DNA of 64,000 nt from Takakia lepidozioides (taxonomy: Eukaryota; Plantae; Bryophyta): contig CM060733.1 of NCBI GenBank assembly GCA_030704615.1, forward strand, positions 74,152,001-74,216,000, written 5' to 3'. Position numbers and translations under genes: made by a program. Each line of letters starts with the position of its first letter. Positions within the stretch are counted from its first letter, which is position 1. Of the stretch, positions 62,271 through 64,000 are shown piece by piece. The notes below the pieces were generated by a model that was not told the DNA's origin, searched no databases, and worked only from the letters and a program-made list of their open reading frames with translations.

Positions 62271-64000
62271 TACATAATAATTCTCGCACAGAACTGTATT
62301 CATCCCTTCGATTGATTGTACATGTACATGCATGTAGCTTATTTCTATGATTGATCAACGGTCTTGCAATAATCTCTCCATCTCTTTCTCTTGTCCCAGG
62401 GTTATTTCTCTCGAGATCAAATCAAACTGTCATGGGCGCTCTAAAAGATTGCTCGCCCTTGGCAGATGCAAAAGAGCACCGGAAGTGCAGAGCATTTGAG
62501 GTTTTTCTTGATAGCCCGCATGTTGGAGGTAGTTTGATTTGAGTTACTACAGTCTGATCATGAACACGACAGCAAGGAGAACTGTGGGTCGCAAGGGTAG
62601 GGCATGTTCATCGAGTTATCTACAATAGTTGATCAATAAAGCAACGAAGGTGGGCATATTGAAAAAGAGTCTCCATTCTTCCTAGAAAGACGGTTTCTCA
62701 AAGCTCGATGTCCACTGCAAGACGTTGCACACTGGTATGTACGCAAACACCTGACATGCATGCGTGCCAAGATGTTGTCTTGGACGGATCGACTAGTGAA
62801 ACCCACCACAGGTCTACTAGATCTGTTCAAACTTCGAAAGGTTTGTCAGTTCAAAGCACACACCATTTCTGGGTGGGGAACATGTCATTCGAGATAAGAT
62901 CACCGAGGTTCTCTAGAAGTTATTTGACGTATCTAGATGTCAACATTGTCTCCTGACAGTGGATTCCTGCTACGTTTTGGAGGACGCATCACCTTATCGC
63001 TCTTTTGGGCTCGTCGCAGCATGTCACTGCTACGCCACCAGCACTGCGCACCACCGTAGCTCCCACCACCGTACCTTGCACCCTGTACGCTCGTCTGACC
63101 CCGCTCGTCTGGCCCCACCACTGCTGGATCGTACTTCTCTAGCGAGCGTGCCGGTTGTCGTCATTCTTCAAAGCTCCAAAAGTTTCCAAATCGTAGGTAG
63201 TTCTCGAATGTTCCAGAGCACACTGCCTCGTCGTTTTTCTTGAAGCGTCTAGAACTTTCCGCTATTTCTACGTCCTCCTACTGGGGGTCTCTGCGCAACT
63301 CTGGAAGAAATGGCCCATCATCCAGACGAGGCACCTGCCCTCATCATTCGGGCATTCCAGCAGCCCAGCCCACCTTTCATTGGCCGGGCCATTCGCCTTC
63401 GTCTTTCTGACCTTCAGGATCAACCCCTAGGAGGATTTGGGGACCCTTATTTATTTATTTATTATTCTAGCTCTGGTGCTTTGACACTACATAAGAAGGA
63501 GAAAAGAGTCATGAGGAAAAGGAAAATTTAAAGAAGCTCTCGTCCAGCGATTTAGACAGCAGACAGGAAGAGAACCATGTTTAGATATAGTGAATGTGTG
63601 GTTGGTAAGAGTCATCACCTCTGAAAGCTCCTATCCTCCCAAATTAGTAGGAGTTCGGGAATTGTTTGAGGAGAGAGAGGAGCCATGGGAGAGAGAAAAT
63701 AAATTTCGATTCAGCCAAGGTGCCAAAGCGTCAGCAGCCTAAGAACGAGGAGCCTATGTTATATATATGCGAATAATGATGCATATGAAGATCTGCTGCT
63801 CTGGCTGCGGGGGCCACGTGAGCTAGGCACCTAAGTGAATGTTTGTAATGAGGAGGACCTTGGAAGTCAGAGATTTCGGTTTTATTGGAAGTGCTCACCA
63901 TTTTATTGGGGGCGGAGTTGGATACGAAGACCAACCCAATTCTAAGGCAGCGATTATGTAATGGAGTCTAAAGTATCTGTGCGAACCTAGCTGAGCTACT

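Noticed and set aside
62400-63560. Possible decayed coding sequence
   Set aside because: Only short, stop-interrupted frames with no motif I can identify.

Overview
Eukaryotic, TE-dense window, inferred to be from a non-seed land plant such as a bryophyte (PLS-DYW PPR relics, Galadriel-like chromoviruses, CACTA, MULE-like elements, GT-AG introns). There is one intact host gene, an intronless DBP2/DDX5-like DEAD-box helicase (38658-40433), and a spliced ParB/Srx-like-domain gene running off the left edge. The rest is nested, decayed mobile DNA. The main finding is a Ty3/Gypsy LTR retrotransposon (13928-28663) with the order Gag - protease - C5 DNA cytosine methyltransferase (DNMT3-like motifs) - RT - RNase H - integrase - PHD finger, so a methylation writer and a histone reader on one element. 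It is hidden because a full-length chromovirus (18001-24939, TSD TTGGA) inserted between the methyltransferase and RT. The second finding is a Dualen/RandI-like LINE carrying both APE and restriction-like endonucleases, RNase H, a 2A-like peptide and a conserved structured 3' RNA tail found four times in the window. Two inversions can be reconstructed from target-site duplications (TSDs) and reading frames. All calls come from reading motifs by eye; no alignments or searches were run. Some frameshifts and junctions could be assembly errors.
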